Assembly (NCBI GenBank): GCA_048884965.1
Contig: JBHLQH010000023.1
Coordinates: forward strand, 1-50,264
DNA from: Candidatus Thorarchaeota archaeon
Lineage (GTDB): Archaea > Asgardarchaeota > Thorarchaeia > Thorarchaeales > Thorarchaeaceae
Reading direction: 5' to 3'
Length of the DNA stretch: 50,264 nt
Translations under genes and position numbers: made by a program
Shown here: positions 1-9,492 of the stretch, in pieces
Layout: each line of letters begins with the position of its first letter
Numbering within the stretch: the stretch's first letter is position 1
Notes under the pieces: model-generated
What the model saw: the letters and a program-made list of their open reading frames with translations, nothing else
Told to the model about the DNA's origin: nothing
Databases searched by the model: none

Positions 1-156
1 AACTGGAATCTTGAAACTAAGGATTTCGAGGATGGTCTCTCAGAGCTTATCCAACATGAGTATGACCACCTTGATGGTATCTTAGCTGTCGATCGGGCGA
101 TTGATCATCGTTCATTCCGGTATCGATGTCTGGATACAAATGATAATGTGGGTTGA
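1..156 (+). CDS. def: Peptide deformylase, C-terminal fragment (truncated by window start)
   Basis: Frame 1 reads NWNLETKDFEDGLSELIQHEYDHLDGILAVDR...G*. QHEYDHLDG matches the PDF motif 3 (QHExDHLxG). Not in the ORF track; translated by hand. Confidence 0.8.
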   Translation, partial: NWNLETKDFEDGLSELIQHEYDHLDGILAVDRAIDHRSFRYRCLDTNDNVG

Positions 157-221
157 ATCTGATTACTTGTCAGGAATAGGCAAGTCTCATATGGATATAT
201 ATCGCTGACTTCACTAAGCCA

Positions 222-3200
222 TTGCCGGAGGAGCAGTATTTGAAGTATCTAAGATTCCTTATTGTCATCATCATAGCAGGATCTATTATTGGGATTTCAG
301 CCGCACTCCTCTATGGTTGGTATCTAGGTCAAATCATCTTTCAAAGCACCTATGCATCCAAAGCTAGTGTCGATTTCTGGGCAACATGGACTCTGGATAA
401 CAATATCTTCTTGGCATCCTTCTTACTGGCATTTCTGAGCAGTATCATCATGCTCCCCCAACGAAGCACCCTTATCTCCTTCATGTCAACGGTATCCCAA
501 GCCGGACCTACGGTTAAGAAACTAGATCTAAGGACTGGGCTTCTCTGGAGACTCTTTGAATTCGCAGGCTTCTTCCTCTTCTATGCATCTACCGGGGGAT
601 ACTCGCTAACTGGGCAGAATGTGGCCTTTCTCATGCTTCTCACTCAACGAGGCTCGATATCAATTAGCAGCGATCAGCTCTCGCAGCTTTTCGTCTTACC
701 ATTCTATCCAGATGTTTCGGCGGATACTATCATCAGCCTCATTCCAGCAATGGAAGCCTACCAGCTATTCCTCGGTTTTATTGCCACATTTCTTGTCGTT
801 ACAGCTGCTCGAATCATCTTGAGCATGCTAACTGACATGATGAGTCCTCGCAGGGACATCTATGTGATAATCTCGAAGACTCTCTTCGCTGTTTCATTAA
901 TCGTGATTTTAGAAATTCTAAGCGTTCCCATGTGGACCGTCAATACTGGAACATATCTTTCCTTAGTTACATTGGTAGTAGGATTGTGTGCATCTATCTT
1001 TGGAGCTTTTGCATTCATGGTGATGCGTATCCGTAGAGGTGGTGTGCAAGAGAGGCAACGGAGCAAGATAGTTCAACTAGAGGAAGACCTAGCACGTCTT
1101 CAGGGAGAGATGCAGTCCGTGAGGAAGGAGTATGAAACAGGTGCTATGGACATAGAGGACTATAAGAGACGTGTGTCATTGCTCATGGAGGATCAATCTC
1201 ATATCAGTAATGAGCTCAGGCGTCTCAAGCTCGAACGTCTGATACCCTTCACAGGCTCTCCGAGAAACTTCGCTGTCCTCTCAGTCTTTCTCATCTTCAC
1301 GGTTGTCTTGTTCCCGACTGTCCAGATGTTTGCCTACGGTATCCCTATGAATGGAGAGCAGTACACCGATTGGAAGTTCAACACAGAGATCACCAAGGAG
1401 ATTGCCATTACAAATTGGGCGTCAGGTGTTGATGAGATGGATACGAAATCTATCTCCGATCTCACCTCTAATGCTACACCTGAGAGTGAAGTAGAATTCC
1501 TTACGACTGTACGGCAGTGGGATCAAGAGGCGAGCTATCTCCGTATGAAGAACCAAATAGGGACTAACTGGATGCAGTTAGCGGATTCTGACATAGTCTA
1601 TCTGAAAGGGCACGAGTACTGGATTGCTCCTCTGACCTTCGACTATTCCACTATTAGTACGAGCTTCATCGCTCAGCACATCTTCTATACCCATACTGAA
1701 GGGATGGTAGTGCTAGATGCGTATAGCGGTGACATTGTTGAGGGCAATGACCTGACAGCGCTATTCAATCGTTCCGCGCCTATCAATACCTATTATGGTG
1801 AAGGTGCAGGCTTTAGAGATGTGGCATTTGTCAATGTTCAAGGCTACGAAGAGGTGGGAGGAGATACATACTCAGGTACTCCTGACTATACATTAACTGG
1901 TTTCGAATCATCATATTTCATGTTCACCTTGAGTCCTGAAGCTTGGTCATTCATGGGTGATGATATGGATATGCTCGTTCAGCGAGATGTTGTGGATCGA
2001 GTTCAATCAATACTATTGCAGGGATTGACAACCGATTCAGACCCCTATATCGTGGTGGATCCATCTGGCAACTTGTACTATGCAGTGTCGGTATTCATCG
2101 ACTACAGACTTTCTACCGGTTATGCGCATGAGAATTACATGCGTTTCATTGGAGTTGTTCTTGTTGACATTGATAATGGAGGCCTTCATTTCTATTCTCC
2201 TCCAACAACGAATACGACTTTCTTCATAGATAGTACCTACATGTCCTACTATGATTGGCAGGCATCCCCAGACTGGCTTCAGAGCCAATTGAAATGGCCT
2301 GAGGACCTTTACGAGCGTCAACTTGATGTCGCCTACATCTATCACGTTGACAAAGCAGAAACTTGGTTATCTGGTAGTGAGTTTCATCAAGCTCCAATTG
2401 ATTCAGATACAAGATACATTATAGGTAGATTCGGAGGTCAAGACAAGTTCATTGCCATGCACAATGCTGAGTTCTACGAGTCTCAGGGTAGGAATCTTGC
2501 AGGACTCTATATCATGGGTTGCGGAAGGTATGATTTTGGTCATTTGACATTCTATAGCGCCGCAGTCGGCGGTGATGCCGGATATTCGACTCTTCTAGGA
2601 CCGAATGCTGCAGTTCAAGCCTTCGAAACGGATGATGCTGTTAGGACGCAGCTACAGCTATGGGGTGAGCATCGATATGGTAATCGCCTGCTCTATCATC
2701 TCGGCGGATCCCTCTTCTTCGTGGTCCCGGTCTTCCTGGTCGTTGAAACCTCCACAGAAGGAGTCATACAGAAACTAGGTGGCGTAGGACTAGTAGATGC
2801 TCAGACAGGTGAACGGGTCTCTCTAGGGGCCAATGTCGTGGAAGCCTATTATCGAATGTTTGGACTACTCAATCAAACAACTATCGATGACGGGGAGGTT
2901 GGAATAGAGAGTGCTGTGCTAAGCCCACTAACTATCACCTCTGGTGATTTCTCGAACCTTGTATTGATGTTGCGAAACAATGATGATGCATATCATAACC
3001 TTACGGTCGATATAACAGTAGCAGCTGGAAACTTCACGGTTTTCTGGCATAATCAGGAAATCTCTCCAACACTTAATCCAACCAACACGACTTTCTCCCT
3101 TGATATTGGTTCTCTTGGTGTAGGCGATCTCTACGGAACAACTCCTAGGATTTCTGCATCGCTTCCGACGGGAATAGTGTCTGCGCAATATCTCATTGAG

Positions 3201-3263
3201 GTCACATTACGGACAGAGGAGGGAGTGGTCGATGCTATCACCTTGATCCTAACTGTGACATAA
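222..3263 (+). CDS. UPF0182-family integral membrane protein with a large soluble domain
   Basis: About 8-9 N-terminal TM helices, then motifs typical of UPF0182 (YTH, YYGEG, DPYIVV, WPEDL). Has a coiled-coil insertion and a beta-rich C-terminal domain. TTG start. Confidence 0.75.
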   Translation: MPEEQYLKYLRFLIVIIIAGSIIGISAALLYGWYLGQIIFQSTYASKASVDFWATWTLDNNIFLASFLLAFLSSIIMLPQRSTLISFMSTVSQAGPTVKKLDLRTGLLWRLFEFAGFFLFYASTGGYSLTGQNVAFLMLLTQRGSISISSDQLSQLFVLPFYPDVSADTIISLIPAMEAYQLFLGFIATFLVVTAARIILSMLTDMMSPRRDIYVIISKTLFAVSLIVILEILSVPMWTVNTGTYLSLVTLVVGLCASIFGAFAFMVMRIRRGGVQERQRSKIVQLEEDLARLQGEMQSVRKEYETGAMDIEDYKRRVSLLMEDQSHISNELRRLKLERLIPFTGSPRNFAVLSVFLIFTVVLFPTVQMFAYGIPMNGEQYTDWKFNTEITKEIAITNWASGVDEMDTKSISDLTSNATPESEVEFLTTVRQWDQEASYLRMKNQIGTNWMQLADSDIVYLKGHEYWIAPLTFDYSTISTSFIAQHIFYTHTEGMVVLDAYSGDIVEGNDLTALFNRSAPINTYYGEGAGFRDVAFVNVQGYEEVGGDTYSGTPDYTLTGFESSYFMFTLSPEAWSFMGDDMDMLVQRDVVDRVQSILLQGLTTDSDPYIVVDPSGNLYYAVSVFIDYRLSTGYAHENYMRFIGVVLVDIDNGGLHFYSPPTTNTTFFIDSTYMSYYDWQASPDWLQSQLKWPEDLYERQLDVAYIYHVDKAETWLSGSEFHQAPIDSDTRYIIGRFGGQDKFIAMHNAEFYESQGRNLAGLYIMGCGRYDFGHLTFYSAAVGGDAGYSTLLGPNAAVQAFETDDAVRTQLQLWGEHRYGNRLLYHLGGSLFFVVPVFLVVETSTEGVIQKLGGVGLVDAQTGERVSLGANVVEAYYRMFGLLNQTTIDDGEVGIESAVLSPLTITSGDFSNLVLMLRNNDDAYHNLTVDITVAAGNFTVFWHNQEISPTLNPTNTTFSLDIGSLGVGDLYGTTPRISASLPTGIVSAQYLIEVTLRTEEGVVDAITLILTVT

Positions 3264-3265
3264 TT

Positions 3266-4204
3266 TCAAATACGTGCACGATACCAGTCTAGGGTTTCTT
3301 GAAGTCCTTCCTTCAATGGCACCGTCACACCTACTCCTAGGATGCTTCTCGCCTTAGTGGTTTCACCAACACTATCTCGGATGTCTCCGATTCTCGGTGC
3401 TCGATGGATGATCTCAACGTCTGTCAGCTTACTTATCGTCTGAGCTAGCTCAAGGATAGAAATAACTTCGTTTCCTGATATATTGAGTATCTGATTCTTT
3501 GCACTATCCTTTTCTCCTGCCTCAAAGATAGCATCTACCACATCTTGAATATGTATGAAGCTCCTTGTCTGGTGCCCATCACCTTCGATCATCAGTGGTT
3601 TGCCTTCCATAGCTCTACCCGCAAAAATTGCTATGACCCCGCTATATTCTGACTCGTCCTGTCGAGGTCCATAGACATTGAAAAATCGAAGAATCACATA
3701 GTCTATCCCAAATGATTCTCTATATGATTGTACATAGTACTCGGCTGAAATCTTCGAGGCGGCATAGGGGCTAAGTGCGCTCAGTGGAAAATCCTCTCTT
3801 ACTGGAAGCAATTCTGGGTTTCCATACACCGCTGCAGAAGATGAGAAGACGAATCTCTTCGCATTCCTTTTTCGTGCAATCTCTAGCACATTCAATGTAC
3901 CTTCTACATTGTGCTTATTCACAAGAAGCGGATCCTTTGTCGAGAGTGATACAGAAGCAACAGCAGCCAGATGAAATACGATGTCTAATTCCTCAGAGAT
4001 GGTATCCCCAAAAGAGTATGAAGTTATGTCCTCCTCCAAGAATCTGAAATTGGGATTCTCCGATGCCTTGGCGATGTTTGCTTTAGTTCCTGTCCGAAAA
4101 TTGTCAACACCAATCACTCGGTATCCTTCGTCAAGCAGTCTATCAACTAGGTGGCTTGCGATGAATCCTGCACATCCAGTGACCAAAGCTGTTCTCGGCA
4201 TCAT
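3266..4204 (-). CDS. NAD-dependent NDP-sugar epimerase/dehydratase (extended SDR, UDP-glucose 4-epimerase-like)
   Basis: TGCAGFIA Rossmann motif, HLAA, SSSAAVYG, YAASK (YxxxK), RFFNVYGP. The ORF track extends to 4258; the ATG at 4204 fits family length better. Confidence 0.9.
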   Translation of the reverse strand: MMPRTALVTGCAGFIASHLVDRLLDEGYRVIGVDNFRTGTKANIAKASENPNFRFLEEDITSYSFGDTISEELDIVFHLAAVASVSLSTKDPLLVNKHNVEGTLNVLEIARKRNAKRFVFSSSAAVYGNPELLPVREDFPLSALSPYAASKISAEYYVQSYRESFGIDYVILRFFNVYGPRQDESEYSGVIAIFAGRAMEGKPLMIEGDGHQTRSFIHIQDVVDAIFEAGEKDSAKNQILNISGNEVISILELAQTISKLTDVEIIHRAPRIGDIRDSVGETTKARSILGVGVTVPLKEGLQETLDWYRARI

Positions 4205-4302
4205 GTCATTTCCGAATCGGGCTGGGTTCTCTTCTTTATCTCTCTTCCTGCGAATCATATTGTTTGTATGGGAAAGAATCTAGCATCAACCTTTGTTATC
4301 AC

Positions 4303-6369
4303 TCAACCCCAGAAGTCATCATGCTCGTCTGCTTCGAAATGCAATCGCGCTCTAACGATGGTGTTTCGGACTTCTTCAGCATTATCCTCTCCAAGCTTTT
4401 TCAAGACCCTAGGATAGGTATTGACTCCAAGACGTGCGATGACATTGGCAAGACCCATCCTTACAACCACTTCTGGGTCATTTGCCATCTTCAATAGGTG
4501 TTCCTCCAATGAAGGGTCATTCCGCATTACCAAGAAGTTGGTTGCTTCCATTCTGATCAGTGGATTGTCAGAAGCACATTGCTCCTTGAGCCAATCTGTT
4601 GCTTTTGGATGAACGATGGTCCCTATCCAATTCAACTGCTTCAAGCGGATTACAGGTCTTGGATCTTCTATCTCTATGAGGCAATCTAATGCAGGCACAT
4701 CAATTTCGCTCAATGCTTCCAGTGCGAGTAATGCTATCTCTTCATCTTCCGCTGAAACTAATTCGTTCAAATAAGGAATCGCCCTTGGCGAATGTGTCAC
4801 TCCCAAGGCACGAATAGTTTCCTTAGCAGGAGTTGGGATATGCTCTGGTCGATATGGGAAATTATAATGCTCTCGTAACCGTGAATCCAGCATTTCAGCG
4901 AAGTTCTTCTCATCATCATTCCATTCGACCTCAGGTGAAACGATGTTCCTAGTTTCAGGGAAGACTCGTAGCAGTGACGCTAGTGTTGGTACCGCAAGGG
5001 AACCAAGCTTTCCAAAGCCCCATACTCCTTGCTCTCTCAAGCGCTGAATGAGCATGTTCATCATGGCTACCACCTGTTCTTCCTTCGCATTGAGAAGCAT
5101 ATTGAAGAAGCCCACTTCACCGCTACGCATGAATGATTGAAGATCCAATAAGAAGAGATCCAACAAGAATAGAACCGCTCTTTCTGAACGCATCAATGCG
5201 ATCTTCTTAGAGAAGGCAGAAAACTTTGCATATCCGAATCGCTGAATGTTCATCCACACTATCTCTTGGGACTCTTCCGTATTGAATTCCAATAGAGCAC
5301 CTAGTGCTGCCAGCTGAACCTTTTCATCATTCGAGCGGAGTAGATTAGAGATCTCATTCATATACTCTATCGCTTGCAGAGTTCCGAGAGTAGCACAGGC
5401 TTGTGCGCGTACATCAGCTGATGGACTTTTGAGAAACTTTGCTATATCCATAGATGCCGTCCTATCTCCAAGGATACCTAGTCCCTTAATTGCGGTAGCT
5501 AGAATATCATCATCGCTTCTTTCAAGCGATTTTAGCAGAGGCTCCCTTGAATGGACGTGCCCAGTTGAGTAAATCAGGTCTATTCCTTTCTTGCAGACTT
5601 CATCATCTGGATCAAGAGCCATTGCAGCCCCTCTCAGAAGATCCCTTTGATGCGGCATACTTCCTTGGTATAGACTCAAATATCGATCTAAGATAGGTTT
5701 CTCATCCTCTCTCTTTCTTTCTGGACGTTTCACAGAAGATATACCAAGTTCGACTAACCGATTCAAAACCTCTTCTGCCGCCTTGGGTTTGGCTCTTCCG
5801 CCCACGCCCATCTTGATCATCAAATCCATTGAAATTGGCAGCTCAAGGAAATCAAACAGGTCGACTAATCCATTCTCTAGAAGGTATGGGTAGGGAGTAG
5901 AGGTCTGTTGATTTCTAGCCTCAATGATTTTTGGAATGAACACCGATAGGTCCGGTGTTGAAATCTCACTTGGTTTGAGAAGGTAGACATCTCCTTCCTT
6001 GATCTGTTTTTCGAGGTACTCGATAGAGATTCGCTTCGCTGCTTCCTTTGCTGCGTCCCATGAATCTGGTGTGGTAGACGCGACCATCTTCACTAGGCTC
6101 GCTGGGTCGATAGATATTCCGTATAGCTCGGAAAGACCCAAACATGAGAGAACTGCATTGATGTAGATGCCCCACGCAGAAACATCCTGATAGGAGAATG
6201 CTATCTGTTGGAGGATTCTAGTTACTCCCACTTGTTTCATGCTATTCTTGATTTCCTCTATCCACAAAGCTACATTACCTTGATTGAGAAGTTCAGCTTG
6301 AGCATTCGCGTCAAGTGAATCCCTCCAGCTTAACCCTTCTGAGAGTAGACTCACGAGCTTGTTGTCCAT
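4303..6369 (-). CDS. HEAT-repeat (PBS-lyase-like) alpha-solenoid protein
   Basis: Repeated units such as DVRAQACATLGTL, KVQLAALGALLEF, EIALLALEALSEI, LIRMEATNFL and VVRMGLANVIARLG. Confidence 0.8.
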   Translation of the reverse strand: MDNKLVSLLSEGLSWRDSLDANAQAELLNQGNVALWIEEIKNSMKQVGVTRILQQIAFSYQDVSAWGIYINAVLSCLGLSELYGISIDPASLVKMVASTTPDSWDAAKEAAKRISIEYLEKQIKEGDVYLLKPSEISTPDLSVFIPKIIEARNQQTSTPYPYLLENGLVDLFDFLELPISMDLMIKMGVGGRAKPKAAEEVLNRLVELGISSVKRPERKREDEKPILDRYLSLYQGSMPHQRDLLRGAAMALDPDDEVCKKGIDLIYSTGHVHSREPLLKSLERSDDDILATAIKGLGILGDRTASMDIAKFLKSPSADVRAQACATLGTLQAIEYMNEISNLLRSNDEKVQLAALGALLEFNTEESQEIVWMNIQRFGYAKFSAFSKKIALMRSERAVLFLLDLFLLDLQSFMRSGEVGFFNMLLNAKEEQVVAMMNMLIQRLREQGVWGFGKLGSLAVPTLASLLRVFPETRNIVSPEVEWNDDEKNFAEMLDSRLREHYNFPYRPEHIPTPAKETIRALGVTHSPRAIPYLNELVSAEDEEIALLALEALSEIDVPALDCLIEIEDPRPVIRLKQLNWIGTIVHPKATDWLKEQCASDNPLIRMEATNFLVMRNDPSLEEHLLKMANDPEVVVRMGLANVIARLGVNTYPRVLKKLGEDNAEEVRNTIVRARLHFEADEHDDFWG

Positions 6370-8246
6370 TCCGTGTTCTCTCCAAAGGCTTTCTCAAGAA
6401 GCAGGTCGACTTGTTTTATGAATAGGGCATGCTTGATCTTCCCAGCAAGTATTCCTGTCATAACCTCATCTGATACATTCTTCACCAGACTTTTGATGGC
6501 AATGTCTCCTAGGACATCTGCTTCGTCGCTCTCTTTGAATATGCCTGAGTGTGTTTCAAACATCCTCGTCGCAACTGCCTCTACTGCTTCATACCCATCT
6601 CTCTTTCGAATTTGCAGAAGTAGATGCCAATACAATGGGTCAGCTTCGCGCACATCCGATAGCGCTTCCTGTATCTGTTGCTCCAATTGAGCAGTAGCTT
6701 GACTTACATCCCCAAGGCCAAGTAGACTACGGACCTTGTCCATCCGTGAAGATTCGGAAGAGTCAAGAACGTCTCTTAGAAGCTTAGTGGCATGTTGGTC
6801 ATCGTTCTCCTTCATTAGCAGGCTGGCAAGAAGAATCTTTGAATCGAAATGATTCACATCTGCTGCAACTCGAAGGTTCTTAATGGCGTCTGGATGATCA
6901 GTGTAACTTTGAACGCGACCAAGAATCGCGTAGACGATAGGTTCACTCGAGTCCTTCTCAATGTATGCCTCAAGTAGATTCGCAATATCGATATACTTCT
7001 CCATATGTGCGTATTCGACAAGCTTCACCAGCATTTTCTCTAGCGGTGTTTGTGCTATGCTCTCTGCTCTTTGGAAGACTGATTGTGCCTCGGTAAACAA
7101 GTTCTGCTTTTGGAGAACTCGGCCAAAATTAAGGACCTCCTTAACATCATGCATTGGAACATTATCAATCATATGTTGAATATGTGCTATTGCTTCGTCC
7201 TTTCTCCCTACAGTCAGTAGGGTTTCTAGGTATCTGATATTAGTGTCCATCCTTCCAGGTGCTCTCTTCAATATTACAGCTACCGATTCAACTAGTTTAT
7301 CGCGTTTCTCCTCAGAAGTAAGCAATCCTCCAGCATCTGTTCCTACCACAGTAAGATCTAGGAGGTTTAAGAGTCCATCTTCAGGTTTAGACGCTTCCAT
7401 CTTCTGCTTCAGATCCATAACTCCTAAGATGTCCCTTGTGCGTAGATAGAGCGGCATCATATGGCCCATGATCCGAACATTCTCAGGATCATCAGCTAAT
7501 GCCTTCTGCAACAATGCCTTCGCTTCATCTGGTTTCGTATCGCCCAGTAGACTTGCGAAGATGCAAAGGAGATCAACGTGATCTCGATCCCTATTGAACA
7601 GCCGTTCAGCGACATTCAATAGTTGTGGATTCTCCAGATCCATCAGAACCCTCAGAGTCCTACTCTGCTCTTCAGGATCCGCATGATCTATGACCTTTAT
7701 CGCCTTCTCCAAGTACTCTTGACTTTCAGCCACACGTCTGGTCTCCCTGAGGAAGGTGCCATAGTTGATATTCACGAGTGCACTTTCTGGATTCACCTCC
7801 AGTGCACGTTTCAATATCGCATCAATTTCGTTGATTCTTCCAAGGGCCTCCAGTGTGAACCTACATGCATGGACACTCCAAGGATATCCTGGGTCGATCG
7901 CTAGAACTTTCTTATGATACTCTATGGATTTCTCTTGTTCTCCAAGATTGCCGTAGACGACAGCAAGTCCTGTCAGGAGTTCCAGATCCTTCGGACTTAA
8001 CTCAAGTCCTCTTTTGTAGACCTTCTCTGCTTCTGCTAGTTTCCTTCTTCTATTCAATGCCTTTCCGAGTAGTGAGAGAACATTGGGGTCACTTGGTCTT
8101 TCCTTCACCACTTTAGTAAGTGCCTTCTCGCTGATACCAACTACGAATCTATCAGCTGCAAATTTCCCAAGTTCATACCACTTATCCACATTCTCTGGAT
8201 CTTCATCGACAGCTCTCTTTAGTTCATGAAGTCTTGTTGCTCCCAT
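6351..8246 (-). CDS. Tetratricopeptide-repeat (TPR) protein
   Basis: About 34-aa repeats (LSLLGKALNRRRKLAEAEKVYKRGLELSP; LTGLAVVYGNLGEQEKSIEYHKKVLAIDP; NINYGTFL). GGAGGA lies 9 nt upstream of the ATG at 8246. Overlaps the HEAT gene by 19 nt. Confidence 0.85.
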   Translation of the reverse strand: MGATRLHELKRAVDEDPENVDKWYELGKFAADRFVVGISEKALTKVVKERPSDPNVLSLLGKALNRRRKLAEAEKVYKRGLELSPKDLELLTGLAVVYGNLGEQEKSIEYHKKVLAIDPGYPWSVHACRFTLEALGRINEIDAILKRALEVNPESALVNINYGTFLRETRRVAESQEYLEKAIKVIDHADPEEQSRTLRVLMDLENPQLLNVAERLFNRDRDHVDLLCIFASLLGDTKPDEAKALLQKALADDPENVRIMGHMMPLYLRTRDILGVMDLKQKMEASKPEDGLLNLLDLTVVGTDAGGLLTSEEKRDKLVESVAVILKRAPGRMDTNIRYLETLLTVGRKDEAIAHIQHMIDNVPMHDVKEVLNFGRVLQKQNLFTEAQSVFQRAESIAQTPLEKMLVKLVEYAHMEKYIDIANLLEAYIEKDSSEPIVYAILGRVQSYTDHPDAIKNLRVAADVNHFDSKILLASLLMKENDDQHATKLLRDVLDSSESSRMDKVRSLLGLGDVSQATAQLEQQIQEALSDVREADPLYWHLLLQIRKRDGYEAVEAVATRMFETHSGIFKESDEADVLGDIAIKSLVKNVSDEVMTGILAGKIKHALFIKQVDLLLEKAFGENTEWTTSS

Positions 8247-8394
8247 AACAGCCAATCCTCCTACCTATGTATTGAATTTCCTCAATATATATGCTCCACT
8301 TTGCCTTTCTCTCATTTTACTAGTCTGATGAACGGTAGATTGGTGTTCTTGCGGCACGAAAGTTTGTGAGATGTGCTGTTAGCAAAAGTGGTAG

Positions 8395-9396
8395 CTAAAT
8401 CCTTCTTGTCATGACTTGAAGAAGCGCAATGATGAACAGCATAGGCCCAGCTATTACCATCCCAAGATACAGTAAAGTTCCAAGGATGCTTGCGATGGGA
8501 CTAAGGAGCGTCCAAAGAATGGCTAGCGCGAAGATGATTGCAAATCCCGCTAGAATATGCTTCCTGTTGAATCCTGATACATCGGTCATAATGTCTGGAG
8601 CTAATTGCTTCTCCTTGCTGAAATAGAACATCGCGATGACAAGCAGATAGAAAAGAACTGTAAGCATCAGTGTGAAGGGCGGAGCTATCCTTTCAGGAAA
8701 TATCACTATGAATAGGAACACATAGAGCAACAGGATGTAAGCTCCAACTATACTCAACCCTCGTTTACCTAACCTGAGTGAGTCCAAAGCAAATCCGTGT
8801 GGATGTAGAGCCTTTGTGACTCCAATGGCTACTGTCAGAAGAAGTCCGTTCGAGAGAACTGCGACGATTGTCGCTCCCAGATCAAACACGAGCCCAGTTG
8901 GTATGAATATAGAAGCGATGAGTACAATCACACCGAAGACAGCAATGCGTTTCTTGGTAATTGTGAACTCGCCCCATTTTGAACCAAGTATTTGGAATAC
9001 GAATATCGGGACTATGAATGAGAAGATCGCGTGCCAGAATAATGCGATCACTAGGAACTCTCCAATCGCGAATCCGAGGAATTGACCAAACTGAGGATCT
9101 TGCCCCATATATCCCGCCCAGATGACCTTGGTCATCCACGACTCGTAGAGACCATAGATGATCCCCAGAATATAGAGATGCGTCACGGAGGTCTTTTGAT
9201 ACCTGAGAGCGATGTTCAATAGTAGCAATCCATGTCCCCAGTAGAGGGGAAGGACCACGAGCAACCCCCACAGGTCCCACATCCATAGAGGCGCGGAACC
9301 TGAGAACATCTCTGCACAAACAATGGAAAGAATACCAAATAGAACGATTGATGAGAAATTAGTTCTAGCATCTCTCTCTTCTTGCATTGCTCTCAT
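8395..9396 (-). CDS. Multi-pass membrane protein of unknown function
   Basis: About 10 hydrophobic helices with intramembrane polar motifs (AEMFSGS, GLYESW, LFWHAIFS). Start trimmed to avoid overlap with the divergent kinase gene. Confidence 0.7.
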   Translation of the reverse strand: MRAMQEERDARTNFSSIVLFGILSIVCAEMFSGSAPLWMWDLWGLLVVLPLYWGHGLLLLNIALRYQKTSVTHLYILGIIYGLYESWMTKVIWAGYMGQDPQFGQFLGFAIGEFLVIALFWHAIFSFIVPIFVFQILGSKWGEFTITKKRIAVFGVIVLIASIFIPTGLVFDLGATIVAVLSNGLLLTVAIGVTKALHPHGFALDSLRLGKRGLSIVGAYILLLYVFLFIVIFPERIAPPFTLMLTVLFYLLVIAMFYFSKEKQLAPDIMTDVSGFNRKHILAGFAIIFALAILWTLLSPIASILGTLLYLGMVIAGPMLFIIALLQVMTRRI

Positions 9397-9492
9397 CCTT
9401 AGGATTCCGTTCTGCCTTTTGGAGTTTCGGTTTTTTTGGTAATCTCGAAGCCTTCTTATCTTCGAATAGTTGCAACATGACCTGTGGTCCAC

